Assembly (NCBI GenBank): GCA_036170915.1
Contig: JAVHQC010000003.1
Span: forward strand, 1-35,759
Direction: 5' to 3'
Length of the DNA stretch: 35,759 bases
Origin: Cyanobacteria bacterium auto_48_18
GTDB taxonomy: Bacteria; Cyanobacteriota; Vampirovibrionia; Obscuribacterales; Obscuribacteraceae
Shown piece after piece: positions 28,327 to 35,759 of the stretch. The translations under genes and the position numbers were made by a program. The notes under the pieces were generated by a model. That model saw only the letters and a program-made list of their open reading frames with translations. It did not search any database and was not told the origin of the DNA. Position 1 is the first letter of the stretch. Each line of letters starts with the position of its first letter.

Positions 28327-28420
28327 GAAAGACTGGTTAATAGTCTCAATGCTTTATTCTACCCGCCTTTGAATCTGTTCTAATGATTGCAATTACCTTT
28401 ATAAATTCGCGAAGGTCGCC

Positions 28421-29827
28421 ATGAAGAGAGAAATATTTATCGCCCGGTCGCGCTTCCATGCCACATCTGACCAGGTCTTCGACTGGCACGAGCGGCCCGG
28501 CGCTTTTGAGAGGCTGTCGCCTCCCTGGGTCAATGTTAAGTGCGTAGAGCGCTCCGGGGGAATTCAAGACGGTTCCAGAGTGGTGCTCTTGCTGGAAAAG
28601 GGCCCAGTGCGCATGCCCTGGGTGCTGGCCCACAAAGATTACGTTAAGGGCAAGCGTTTCGTCGATTATCAAATTGCCGGGCCTTTTGACTACTGGCAAC
28701 AGAACCACGAACTCGAAGACGACGGCCCTGGTCATTGTTATCTGACCGATCGCGTGGAGTATTCTCTGCCCATGGGTCTGGCCGGACGCATTGCCGCTTC
28801 CGCTTTTATCAGATCAGAGTTAAGCCGCTTGTTTCGATATCGTCACGCTTTGACTGCCCGCGACATGGCGCTTCTCAAGCGTTACGGTCAGAAACCGCTG
28901 AAGATACTGGTCAGTGGAGCCACCGGGCTCGTGGGTGAGCGGCTGGTGTCTTTGCTTGCAACTCAAGGGCATGAGGTGATACGCCTCAGCCGCCGCGCGC
29001 CAGCAGGTGAAAGTGCTAAAAGCAGCGGCAGCGAGATTTTCTGGAATCCTCTGGCAGGCACTATCGAATCAAACCTACCTGACGACCTTGATGCCGTGGT
29101 GCATCTGTCAGGTCGTAATGTCACTGCCGGCCGTTGGTCAGTGGAAGAAAAGCAGATGATTTATCAAAGCCGCGTGCAAAGCACCCAATATCTGTGCCAA
29201 TTGCTTGCCGCTTTAGATAAAAAGCCCGAGGTTTTAGTCTGCGCCTCAGCCATTGGTTTTTATGGAGAACGCGGTTCTGAGCCCGTCACTGAAGATTCTA
29301 AAGCAGGCACCGGATTTCTCGCCGAAGTCTGTATCGACTGGGAAGCGGCAGCGGAACAAGCTCGCGCTGCCGGAATTCGGGTTGTGCTGGCGCGTATCGG
29401 GGCTGTACTTAGCCCCAGAGCCGGTGCGCTGGCTAAGTTACTGCCGATTTTCAGCTCTGGCGCCGGCGGTAAAATCGGCGACGGCAAACAATATTTTAGC
29501 TGGGTCTCAATCGATGATGTTTGCACCGCCATTTATCATGCCATTGCCACAAAAGAAGTTGAAGGACCACTCAATGTGGTGGCACCAAATTGTGCCACCA
29601 ACGCTGAGTTCACTCGCGCTCTTGGTCGGGCACTTTTTCGTCCCACACTATTTCCTGTGCCTCCACGGGTTTTACGCGTGGCTTTTGGCGAAATGGCCGA
29701 CGCTTTACTTATGGCAAGCGTACGCGTTCTGCCGCAAAAATTGAAGCAAACCGGTTACGAATTTCAAGACCCCGATTTGCTTGACGCCATAAAATTTCTC
29801 ATTGGCCGGGGAGCCGGTCATCAATAA
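28421..29827 (+). CDS. TIGR01777-family NAD-dependent epimerase/oxidoreductase with N-terminal SRPBCC domain
   Basis: VFDWHERPGAFERLSPPW, FVDYQIAGPFDYWQQNH, LTDRVEY (SRPBCC); ILVSGATGLVG, ASAIGFYG, GFLAEVCIDWE, GKQYFSWVSIDD, GPLNVVAP. Confidence 0.93.
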   Translation: MKREIFIARSRFHATSDQVFDWHERPGAFERLSPPWVNVKCVERSGGIQDGSRVVLLLEKGPVRMPWVLAHKDYVKGKRFVDYQIAGPFDYWQQNHELEDDGPGHCYLTDRVEYSLPMGLAGRIAASAFIRSELSRLFRYRHALTARDMALLKRYGQKPLKILVSGATGLVGERLVSLLATQGHEVIRLSRRAPAGESAKSSGSEIFWNPLAGTIESNLPDDLDAVVHLSGRNVTAGRWSVEEKQMIYQSRVQSTQYLCQLLAALDKKPEVLVCASAIGFYGERGSEPVTEDSKAGTGFLAEVCIDWEAAAEQARAAGIRVVLARIGAVLSPRAGALAKLLPIFSSGAGGKIGDGKQYFSWVSIDDVCTAIYHAIATKEVEGPLNVVAPNCATNAEFTRALGRALFRPTLFPVPPRVLRVAFGEMADALLMASVRVLPQKLKQTGYEFQDPDLLDAIKFLIGRGAGHQ

Positions 29828-29839
29828 TTAGTTCAAATT

Positions 29840-30868
29840 TCAATCTGGATTAAAAGGCATAATTTTTATCAGTGGCGGCGAAGAGTAAGCTGCCATCTGC
29901 GCGGGGCTTATGGGCGGATGTTTAAGACAAGCCGTAAACAACGCGTCTTTGCACCACTTTTTGCGATCAGTATGACACCAGTACGCAGCGATAAAAAGTT
30001 GCAGATATTTTCGACTGACAGAGTGAAATATCCCATGGGCAAATTCTACAATTTGCTCAATTTGATTTTGAATTGTTTCTTCGCTGGCACCATGCAGGTT
30101 TTCTTTCAAGGAACTTTGCGCTGATTCATCAATTCGTACAATTTTCCCATCATCTTTTTGCTTTGCGAAATTCCCGAGTTCAAGCATCGTGAGATTACTA
30201 TAGAACTCGCCAAAAGGCATTGAGAGCTTCTGATACAGCGCATCCACTGAAACAGGGGTTTTAGATAGATGCTCTAGAATGTTTTTTTGCTTTTCCGAGA
30301 GCTCTGAAAGCTCTGAATCTATATGTTGAGCAGAATCGGGCTGTACAAGTTCGTGCTCCCTTTCGATTAAGGTCTGCTCTTCGTAGGCGTGCATGCTAGC
30401 CGGTGTGTTGGCACTCCGCCTGGAAATAATTTTTTTGAAGCGTTGAGCCGAAACGAGTAGTGCCTCCTCTGGCATTTCACTTGCAATCACTATAAGTATT
30501 TTTTTGATGATCGAATCGGCGCAGCTAGGAGTGATCAGGAACATGCGTGAAAGCCTGTGAGCGCTTATAGCTAAACCTTGCTCCATTAGTCTTATAGCCG
30601 CTATCCAGGCTAAAAGTTGAGTTGAATATTCCATCACTGTATCTTTGGTAGTCATGACTATCATTTTGCAAATGTTACATTGAGCCTGTCGACCGTCTGC
30701 GCTCAGAATAAATTGGGCTGATCTGCATTTGCACTTGAAGTGGCCAAGGCTAAGTCTCTTTTGGAAAATTTGTGAGGCTGCTTGTTGATTGTTAGGAGTG
30801 GTGGCGCAAATTATTGATGATGCTGTAGCGACTTTAAAATCATATTCAAAGGTTTTCTGATCTTTCAT
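29840..30868 (-). CDS. IS1595-transposase-like protein lacking a recognisable DDE core, with an internal DprA-type winged helix
   Basis: C46xC48...C64xxC67 Zn ribbon, then TKDTVM..LLAWIAAI..ISAHRLSR..KKI; LSEKQKNILEHLSKTPVSVDAL...LTMLELGNFAKQKDDG; GIFHSVSRKYLQLFIAAY. Confidence 0.6.
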   Translation of the reverse strand: MKDQKTFEYDFKVATASSIICATTPNNQQAASQIFQKRLSLGHFKCKCRSAQFILSADGRQAQCNICKMIVMTTKDTVMEYSTQLLAWIAAIRLMEQGLAISAHRLSRMFLITPSCADSIIKKILIVIASEMPEEALLVSAQRFKKIISRRSANTPASMHAYEEQTLIEREHELVQPDSAQHIDSELSELSEKQKNILEHLSKTPVSVDALYQKLSMPFGEFYSNLTMLELGNFAKQKDDGKIVRIDESAQSSLKENLHGASEETIQNQIEQIVEFAHGIFHSVSRKYLQLFIAAYWCHTDRKKWCKDALFTACLKHPPISPAQMAAYSSPPLIKIMPFNPD

Positions 30869-30952
30869 AACGTTACCCCCGTGTAAATGATCAAACGGAT
30901 TTTGGAGGTAGAAAGTTCAAATTTAGAATATTAAATGCTTGCGGTATGTGTA

Positions 30953-30986
30953 TCGCCAACTGAACCGTGCACGTTTCAGTTGGCGA
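30953..30986. repeat. Near-perfect 34-bp palindrome (REP-like or operator)
   Basis: TCGCCAACTGAA-C-CGTGCACG-T-TTCAGTTGGCGA, with a single mismatched pair. Confidence 0.9.
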
Positions 30987-31051
30987 AAGATTAAAGACAC
31001 CCGGTTCAGTTTGGTAATCGAGTCACAAACGTGCTCATCGCGGCTAGCAAA

Positions 31052-31075
31052 AAGTTAACCGTGCACGCTACAGTT
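31052..31075. repeat. Degenerate second copy of the palindrome core
   Basis: AAGTTAACCGTGCACGCTACAGTT matches 30958-30981 (AACTGAACCGTGCACGTTTCAGTT) at 20 of 24 positions. Confidence 0.8.
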
Positions 31076-31130
31076 TTAAAAACACTCCCCGGTAGACCAC
31101 CGACAATTTGCCAGTGAAACAAAAGCACCA

Positions 31131-31829
31131 CTAGTGGTGCAAGAACATAAAAGCTCCAGCGACAGCCAACACCAACAACATAACTATGCTGGCAATTAAA
31201 ACAGGGCTTAAGCCTGTCTGAGGCCGGGCATCAGTGCTCACTACTTGCTCTGCTCTGTCTGCTTTAGCCGATTTGCGAGCTAATTTCTCTTCAGCTACTT
31301 CTGCTTCGCTAGGCAGCTCGCTGCCTTCATAGGACCGCATGCGTGACATTCCTGTGCCGCCCGCGCCGGCCAGTTCGTCGAGGGTGGAAGGCAAATCAGG
31401 CAAAGCATTGACTAACTGATTGACTCGAATTTTCAATCCTTCTTCCAGATGCGCTGCATCGGCTGGAGAATTACTGCAATCCAACAATGAATAACTGCCA
31501 TGTTGAATTTTTAGCATGGCGAATAGAGCCGGATAGCCAACCATTTCATCATTGAGCAGCCTGGCGCCCTGCACGTTAGTACTTTTAGTAATCAGAAATT
31601 CGCCATCGACTACGCCATCTTCCGACGCCATGCGAGCAATGGCATAGTCAGCTTTTTTGCTTTTAAAAATGGCAAGCAGCACTTCTTTGGTAGAACGATT
31701 CTCCCAAATTTTCCCTGACTCAATAGTAGGCAGATTATTTAGAGACTTTAAAGATGAGTGTTCCGCCGACTCTGTCGCAAACTGATCGGAATCATCGTTT
31801 GCAGATTCATCATTTATAGATTCAGGCAT
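31131..31829 (-). CDS. Hypothetical protein with a C-terminal membrane anchor (possibly DUF4388/PatA-N-like domain); start re-called at ATG 31829
   Basis: GGGAG RBS before MPESINDES; C-terminal TM LIASIVMLLVLAVAGAFMFL; GYPALFAMLKIQHGSYSL resembles DUF4388 (weak). Confidence 0.55.
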   Translation of the reverse strand: MPESINDESANDDSDQFATESAEHSSLKSLNNLPTIESGKIWENRSTKEVLLAIFKSKKADYAIARMASEDGVVDGEFLITKSTNVQGARLLNDEMVGYPALFAMLKIQHGSYSLLDCSNSPADAAHLEEGLKIRVNQLVNALPDLPSTLDELAGAGGTGMSRMRSYEGSELPSEAEVAEEKLARKSAKADRAEQVVSTDARPQTGLSPVLIASIVMLLVLAVAGAFMFLHH

Positions 31830-31849
31830 GGGCTGCTCCCACAAACTAG

Positions 31850-32623
31850 CTAGGTATGTAGTTCCAAAGTCACCGGACAATGATCTGAGCCGTGGACGTT
31901 GTTGAGGATACCAGCATTGACAACGTTCTCGGTCAATTTGCTCGAGGTAAAGAAGTAATCAATGCGCCAACCGACATTGCGCTCCCGCGCCCCTGAGCCC
32001 ATGTGCCACCAACTGTAATTGTGGGGTTCTTTGTTGTACATGCGAAATGTATCGCTGTATCCCGCGGCTACAAGTTTGTCCAGCCATTCTCTTTCGGCGG
32101 GCATGAAACCGGAGACTGTTTCGTTGGCTTTTGGTCGAGCTAAATCGATAGCCATGTGGGCAGTGTTAAAGTCACCACACACGGCCAGCTTTTTCCCTTC
32201 TTTGGTCAGTTGGTCGGCCCACTGGTAAAAGGCGTCGTAAAACTCCATTTTGTAGAGCAAGCGCTCAGGGCTCTGCGCTCCGTTGGGGAAATAGATATTG
32301 GCCATGACAAAATCGCCGAAGTCGGCCACAAGCGTGCGGCCTTCGCAGTCAAAACGCTGCACGCCGAAGCCTTCTCGAATTGATATGGGCTCGTGGCGTG
32401 TATATATTGCCACACCACTATAACCACGCCTTTCGGCATGGGAGAAAAAGCATTTGTAGCCTTTCCGTTCCATAATTTCAGGAGTAAGTTGGTCCGCTGA
32501 AATTTTGGTTTCTTGCAAACCGACAATGTCTGGTTGCAGACCTTCCATCCAGTCGTAAAGGCCTTTTTTAGCGGCGGCACGAATACCGTTTATGTTCCAA
32601 GAAACCAGTTTTAGTTTTGACAA
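31850..32623 (-). CDS. xth: Exodeoxyribonuclease III / AP endonuclease
   Basis: LVSWNINGIRA, GLQETK, GYSGVA, EGRTL, NIYFPNG, CGDFNTAH, YSWW, GWRIDYF, GSDHCPV. Confidence 0.97.
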   Translation of the reverse strand: MSKLKLVSWNINGIRAAAKKGLYDWMEGLQPDIVGLQETKISADQLTPEIMERKGYKCFFSHAERRGYSGVAIYTRHEPISIREGFGVQRFDCEGRTLVADFGDFVMANIYFPNGAQSPERLLYKMEFYDAFYQWADQLTKEGKKLAVCGDFNTAHMAIDLARPKANETVSGFMPAEREWLDKLVAAGYSDTFRMYNKEPHNYSWWHMGSGARERNVGWRIDYFFTSSKLTENVVNAGILNNVHGSDHCPVTLELHT

Positions 32624-32670
32624 TGACGGTTTGCCTTCCTACTTCTCTACTTCTTAATTCTCTACTACTT

Positions 32671-32710
32671 AAAAACAGGCGCACGGGCTATTAAGCTAGT
32701 GCGCCTGTTT
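32671..32710 (-). terminator. Rho-independent terminator downstream of ald
   Basis: AAACAGGCGCAC (32673-32684) and GTGCGCCTGTTT (32699-32710) form an inverted repeat; T-run follows on the minus strand. Confidence 0.8.
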
Positions 32711-32730
32711 ATTTTAAACTCTAAGGAAAA

Positions 32731-33843
32731 TTATTTCTTAGAACCGACTGGTGTTTTAGCTGCATTAACCGCTTCAAGCACACCTGCGTGAACAATTTCG
32801 CCCTGGTGAATATTTACGCCGAGGTGCAAAGCTGGATCATCTAAGCAAGCTTGATAGCCGAATTTAGCCAATTTAGAAGCATAGGCCATGGTGGCATTGG
32901 TTAATGCGCGAGTGGATGTCCATGGAACAGCTCCAGGAATATTGGCCACGCCGTAGTGCACCACTCCATCAACTTCGTAAACGGGTTGGGAGTGAGTGGT
33001 GGCGTGAATTGTTTCGATACATCCACCCTGGTCAATGGCTACGTCTACAATGACTGAGCCCTTTTTCATCTTGCTCACCATTTCTCTGGTGACAATTCTT
33101 GGCGCTTGTTTGCCTGGAATGAGCACCGCTCCGATGACCAGATCAGCGCTAGGCAAGAGGCTTTCCAGGTAGTGGCCCACTGAGAAGACTGTGCGCACTT
33201 GGCCGCCGAACACGTCGTCGAGATAACGCAATCTATCCAGTGAGAGATCGAAGATTGTTACGCGAGCGCCCAGTCCTACGCCAATTTTCGCAGCGTTGAT
33301 GCCGACTACACCACCACCAATAATGATGATTTCGCCTGGTTCGACACCAGGTACGCCGCCCAGAAGAACGCCCCGGCCGCCCATAGGACGCTCGAGATAC
33401 TGAGCACCGATTTGTGTTGCCAGACGTCCGGCAATTTCAGACATCGGTGTGAGCAATGGCAGTTGGCCATTGGCTGTTTGCACTGTTTCATAAGCAATAC
33501 AGGTAGCGCCGCTTTTGGCCAGATCTTCAGCCAGTTTTGGAGCAGCAGCCAGGTGCAGATATGTGAAAAGCAGTTGGCCTTTTTTGAGCATGGCCACTTC
33601 TTGAGCTTGAGGCTCTTTCACTTTTAGAATCAAATCAGATTCGCCAAAAACCGAAGCAGCATCGGGGAGAATCTTGGCGCCCACAGCCTTGTACTCATCG
33701 TCACTCATACCAGAGCCTACGCCGGCATTTTTCTCGATGTAGACTGTATGACCTTCGGTTACCAGTGTTTTAACACCAGCAAGCGTGATGGCAACGCGGT
33801 ATTCGTTGTCTTTAATTTCTTTCGGCACTCCAACCTTAGCCAA
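32731..33843 (-). CDS. ald: Alanine dehydrogenase (start re-called at TTG 33843)
   Basis: VGVPKEIKDNEYRVA, KVKEP, LFTYLHLAA, IAYETV, PMSEIAGR, GVLLGGVPGV, IGGGVVG, DVAIDQGGC, VANIPGAVP; GGAGG RBS upstream of the TTG. Confidence 0.97.
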   Translation of the reverse strand: MAKVGVPKEIKDNEYRVAITLAGVKTLVTEGHTVYIEKNAGVGSGMSDDEYKAVGAKILPDAASVFGESDLILKVKEPQAQEVAMLKKGQLLFTYLHLAAAPKLAEDLAKSGATCIAYETVQTANGQLPLLTPMSEIAGRLATQIGAQYLERPMGGRGVLLGGVPGVEPGEIIIIGGGVVGINAAKIGVGLGARVTIFDLSLDRLRYLDDVFGGQVRTVFSVGHYLESLLPSADLVIGAVLIPGKQAPRIVTREMVSKMKKGSVIVDVAIDQGGCIETIHATTHSQPVYEVDGVVHYGVANIPGAVPWTSTRALTNATMAYASKLAKFGYQACLDDPALHLGVNIHQGEIVHAGVLEAVNAAKTPVGSKK

Positions 33844-34052
33844 GGTCTCACCCTCCAATATTGCGAACCTAATCTCTAGATACTTCAGATACTTTTATTG
33901 AAGTGATCTACGAGAAGATAAAATTCTATCCCGCAATATGTCGTTACTATATTCTCTTGATAGATGTTTTATGATTGGCGGCTCTTGACAGCCCGCCTGC
34001 TAGAATCTGGATCAGAATTCAGAACAAACAGACAAATTGAAAGAGCATAAAA

Positions 34053-35225
34053 ATGAACGACATAGTGATCGTAAACGGCGCACGCACGGCATTTGGCGCT
34101 TATGGCGGGGGGCTTGCTTCTAAAACTGCCACTGATTTAGCGGTTGAAGCCACACTTGGTGCCATCGAAAGAGCTGGTGTTGAGAAAGAATCAGTCGATT
34201 CAGTGATTATGGGCAATGTTATTCAAACCAGTAAAGACGCCATCTATTTGGCAAGACACGTGGCTCTGCGAGCCGGTTTGAAAGAAAACACCCCTGGTTT
34301 AATACTTAATTTGCTCTGCGGCTCTGGAGTCTATGCCGTGGCCAACGCCGCCATGCAAATCGACAACGGCATGGCTAAGACTGTGATTGCCGGTGGCACC
34401 GATCATTTGTCCAGCACGCCTTACAGCAGCTGGAGTACCCGCTGGGGTGGTCGTATGGGACACATGGAATTGTGGGATGGTCTTGATATCCGCGATACTT
34501 ACGCTAAAGCATCCATGGGCGAAACAGCAGAGAATCTGCAAGAGAAATATAAAATCAGTCGCGAAGAGCAAGACCAGTTTGCTTTGCGCAGCCAGCAACT
34601 GGCGAAAGCAGCTGCTGAGAGTGGGCGCTTAAAAGAAGAGATTCGCGCCATTGAGATTGCTTCGAAAAAAGGTCCGATTGTTATCGACCGCGATGAGCAT
34701 GCCAGGCCTGACACCACTATTGAAGCTCTGGCTAAGTTGAAGCCGGCCTTCCGTAAAGATGGCAGTGTCACGCCAGGAAATGCTTGCGGTATCGTAGATG
34801 GTGCCGCCGCGCTGGTGGTGACCAGCTTAAAGACTGCCGAGAAGAGCAAACTCAAGCCACTCAGCCGAGTGGTGTCGTGGGCGGTTACCGGCGTACCGCC
34901 GGAAATCATGGGAATCGGCCCTGTGCCTGCCATTCCTATGGCTCTGGAAAAAGCCGGTTTGAAAATGGACGATATCGACTTGTTTGAAATTAACGAAGCT
35001 TTTGCTGTGCAATATCTGGCATGCGAAAAAGAATTAGAGCTCGATCGCGATAAAGTTAACGTAAACGGCGGTTCCATTGCCCTTGGACACCCTTTTGGTG
35101 CCACCGGTGCAAGATTACTGCTCTCTATATCAATGGAGCTACAGAAGCGCAAGAAACGCTATGGTTGCGTCAGTCTGTGCGTCGGCGGCGGCATGGGTAT
35201 CGCCATGATTGTAGAGCGAATTTGA
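34053..35225 (+). CDS. Thiolase (acetyl-CoA C-acyltransferase)
   Basis: NLLCGSG catalytic Cys, MGETAE, TPGNACGIVDGAAA, EINEAFA, NGGSIALGHPFGATG, CVGGGMG. Confidence 0.96.
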   Translation: MNDIVIVNGARTAFGAYGGGLASKTATDLAVEATLGAIERAGVEKESVDSVIMGNVIQTSKDAIYLARHVALRAGLKENTPGLILNLLCGSGVYAVANAAMQIDNGMAKTVIAGGTDHLSSTPYSSWSTRWGGRMGHMELWDGLDIRDTYAKASMGETAENLQEKYKISREEQDQFALRSQQLAKAAAESGRLKEEIRAIEIASKKGPIVIDRDEHARPDTTIEALAKLKPAFRKDGSVTPGNACGIVDGAAALVVTSLKTAEKSKLKPLSRVVSWAVTGVPPEIMGIGPVPAIPMALEKAGLKMDDIDLFEINEAFAVQYLACEKELELDRDKVNVNGGSIALGHPFGATGARLLLSISMELQKRKKRYGCVSLCVGGGMGIAMIVERI

Positions 35226-35273
35226 GCGAATTTGAGCGAATTTGAGCGAATTTGAGCGAATTTGAGCGAATTT
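35214..35273. repeat. Perfect tandem repeat, 6 x GAGCGAATTT
   Basis: Read directly; the array spans the thiolase stop (35223-35225) and runs into the convergent gene's stop (35272-35274). Confidence 0.97.
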
Positions 35274-35601
35274 AGTTGTAGAAGCTCACGCCTTTACGGC
35301 TGGCTGAAGGTTTGATGATGTGCGAAGTAGGCCCATATTCTTTGACATATACGGGCTTTACTGCGGCTGGTTCGCCGGACTCAGTGGTTTCGGCAGTTGG
35401 CACCACTTCTCTGGTGTAAGCAATCAAACCGTTATTTCTAGCAGAGGCAGGCAGAATGGAAGGGGCATATGCTGGTGGCGGTGGCACCAGGTAAGCACCA
35501 CGATGGCCTTTACCTTTAGCTTCTACACTGGATGGACTAATGTTGATGCAGCACGCCAGAAGGGCAGCTGTTGATAACAAGAAAATCGATTTTCTCAACA
35601 C
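35272..35601 (-). CDS. Small exported hypothetical protein with a proline-rich motif
   Basis: Signal-like MLRKSIFLLSTAALLACC...VEA; YLVPPPPAYAPSILP. Confidence 0.6.
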   Translation of the reverse strand: MLRKSIFLLSTAALLACCINISPSSVEAKGKGHRGAYLVPPPPAYAPSILPASARNNGLIAYTREVVPTAETTESGEPAAVKPVYVKEYGPTSHIIKPSASRKGVSFYN

Positions 35602-35759
35602 TATAGAAACCCCGCTGAAAATAAAATTAGCAAATAAGACAGGCCCTGAGGCATGTCCTAATTTTTACTAAAAGAATCATACCACCGAGGTTCGCTCTCC
35701 AAACCCTCTGAGTAGCTTCTCCCGTTTTCTGTAAAGAATCAGCTGTTAAACCATTTAGA

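Noticed and set aside
30958..31075. Possible mini-CRISPR (two 24-bp palindromic repeats)
   Set aside because: Only two degenerate copies with a 70-bp gap that contains further half-sites; no cas genes.
29840..31130. Complete active IS1595 element
   Set aside because: No DDE motifs, and I could not find matching terminal inverted repeats or a target-site duplication on both sides of the gene.
31830..31880. ORF-track start at 31880 overlapping the xth 3' end
   Set aside because: A better RBS-supported ATG lies at 31829 with no overlap.
33985..34006. TTGACA and TAGAAT upstream of the thiolase as a canonical promoter pair
   Set aside because: The spacer is only 10 nt; at most TGCTAGAAT acts as an extended -10.
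34499..35152. 217-aa antisense ORF within the thiolase
   Set aside because: Typical antisense shadow of a conserved gene, with no motifs.
35214..35273. Possible CRISPR array
   Set aside because: The 10-bp units are contiguous with no spacers, and no cas genes are present.

Overview
Gene-dense bacterial chromosomal window with about 28 CDS. I found no rRNA, tRNA or CRISPR array. Housekeeping genes are mutS, uppS, xth, ald, a thiolase and a YqeG-type HAD phosphatase. Lipid and envelope genes are a GT28 MGDG-synthase-like glycosyltransferase, two alpha/beta hydrolases and an SLH-domain protein. The window also holds a CzcA/CusA RND pump with its adaptor but no outer-membrane factor, an HxlR regulator divergent from a rhodanese, a YaeQ-family gene and four TPR proteins. 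The gene mix (SLH protein with a VirB10-like domain, YqeG, kinesin-light-chain-type TPRs, roadblock protein, no photosynthesis genes in this window) suggests a non-photosynthetic cyanobacterial relative such as Vampirovibrionia/Obscuribacterales; this is inference only. Most unusual items: (1) an IS1595-transposase-like protein (29840..30868) whose DDE core appears replaced by a DprA-type winged helix, with a cluster of related palindromes in its upstream intergenic region; (2) an orphan PrgI-like/VirB4-N-terminal fusion lacking the ATPase domain (20470..21756); (3) a perfect 6 x 10-bp tandem array spanning the gap between two convergent stop codons; (4) a HypR-like operator between the HxlR and rhodanese genes. 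All family calls come from motif recognition by eye; no searches were run.
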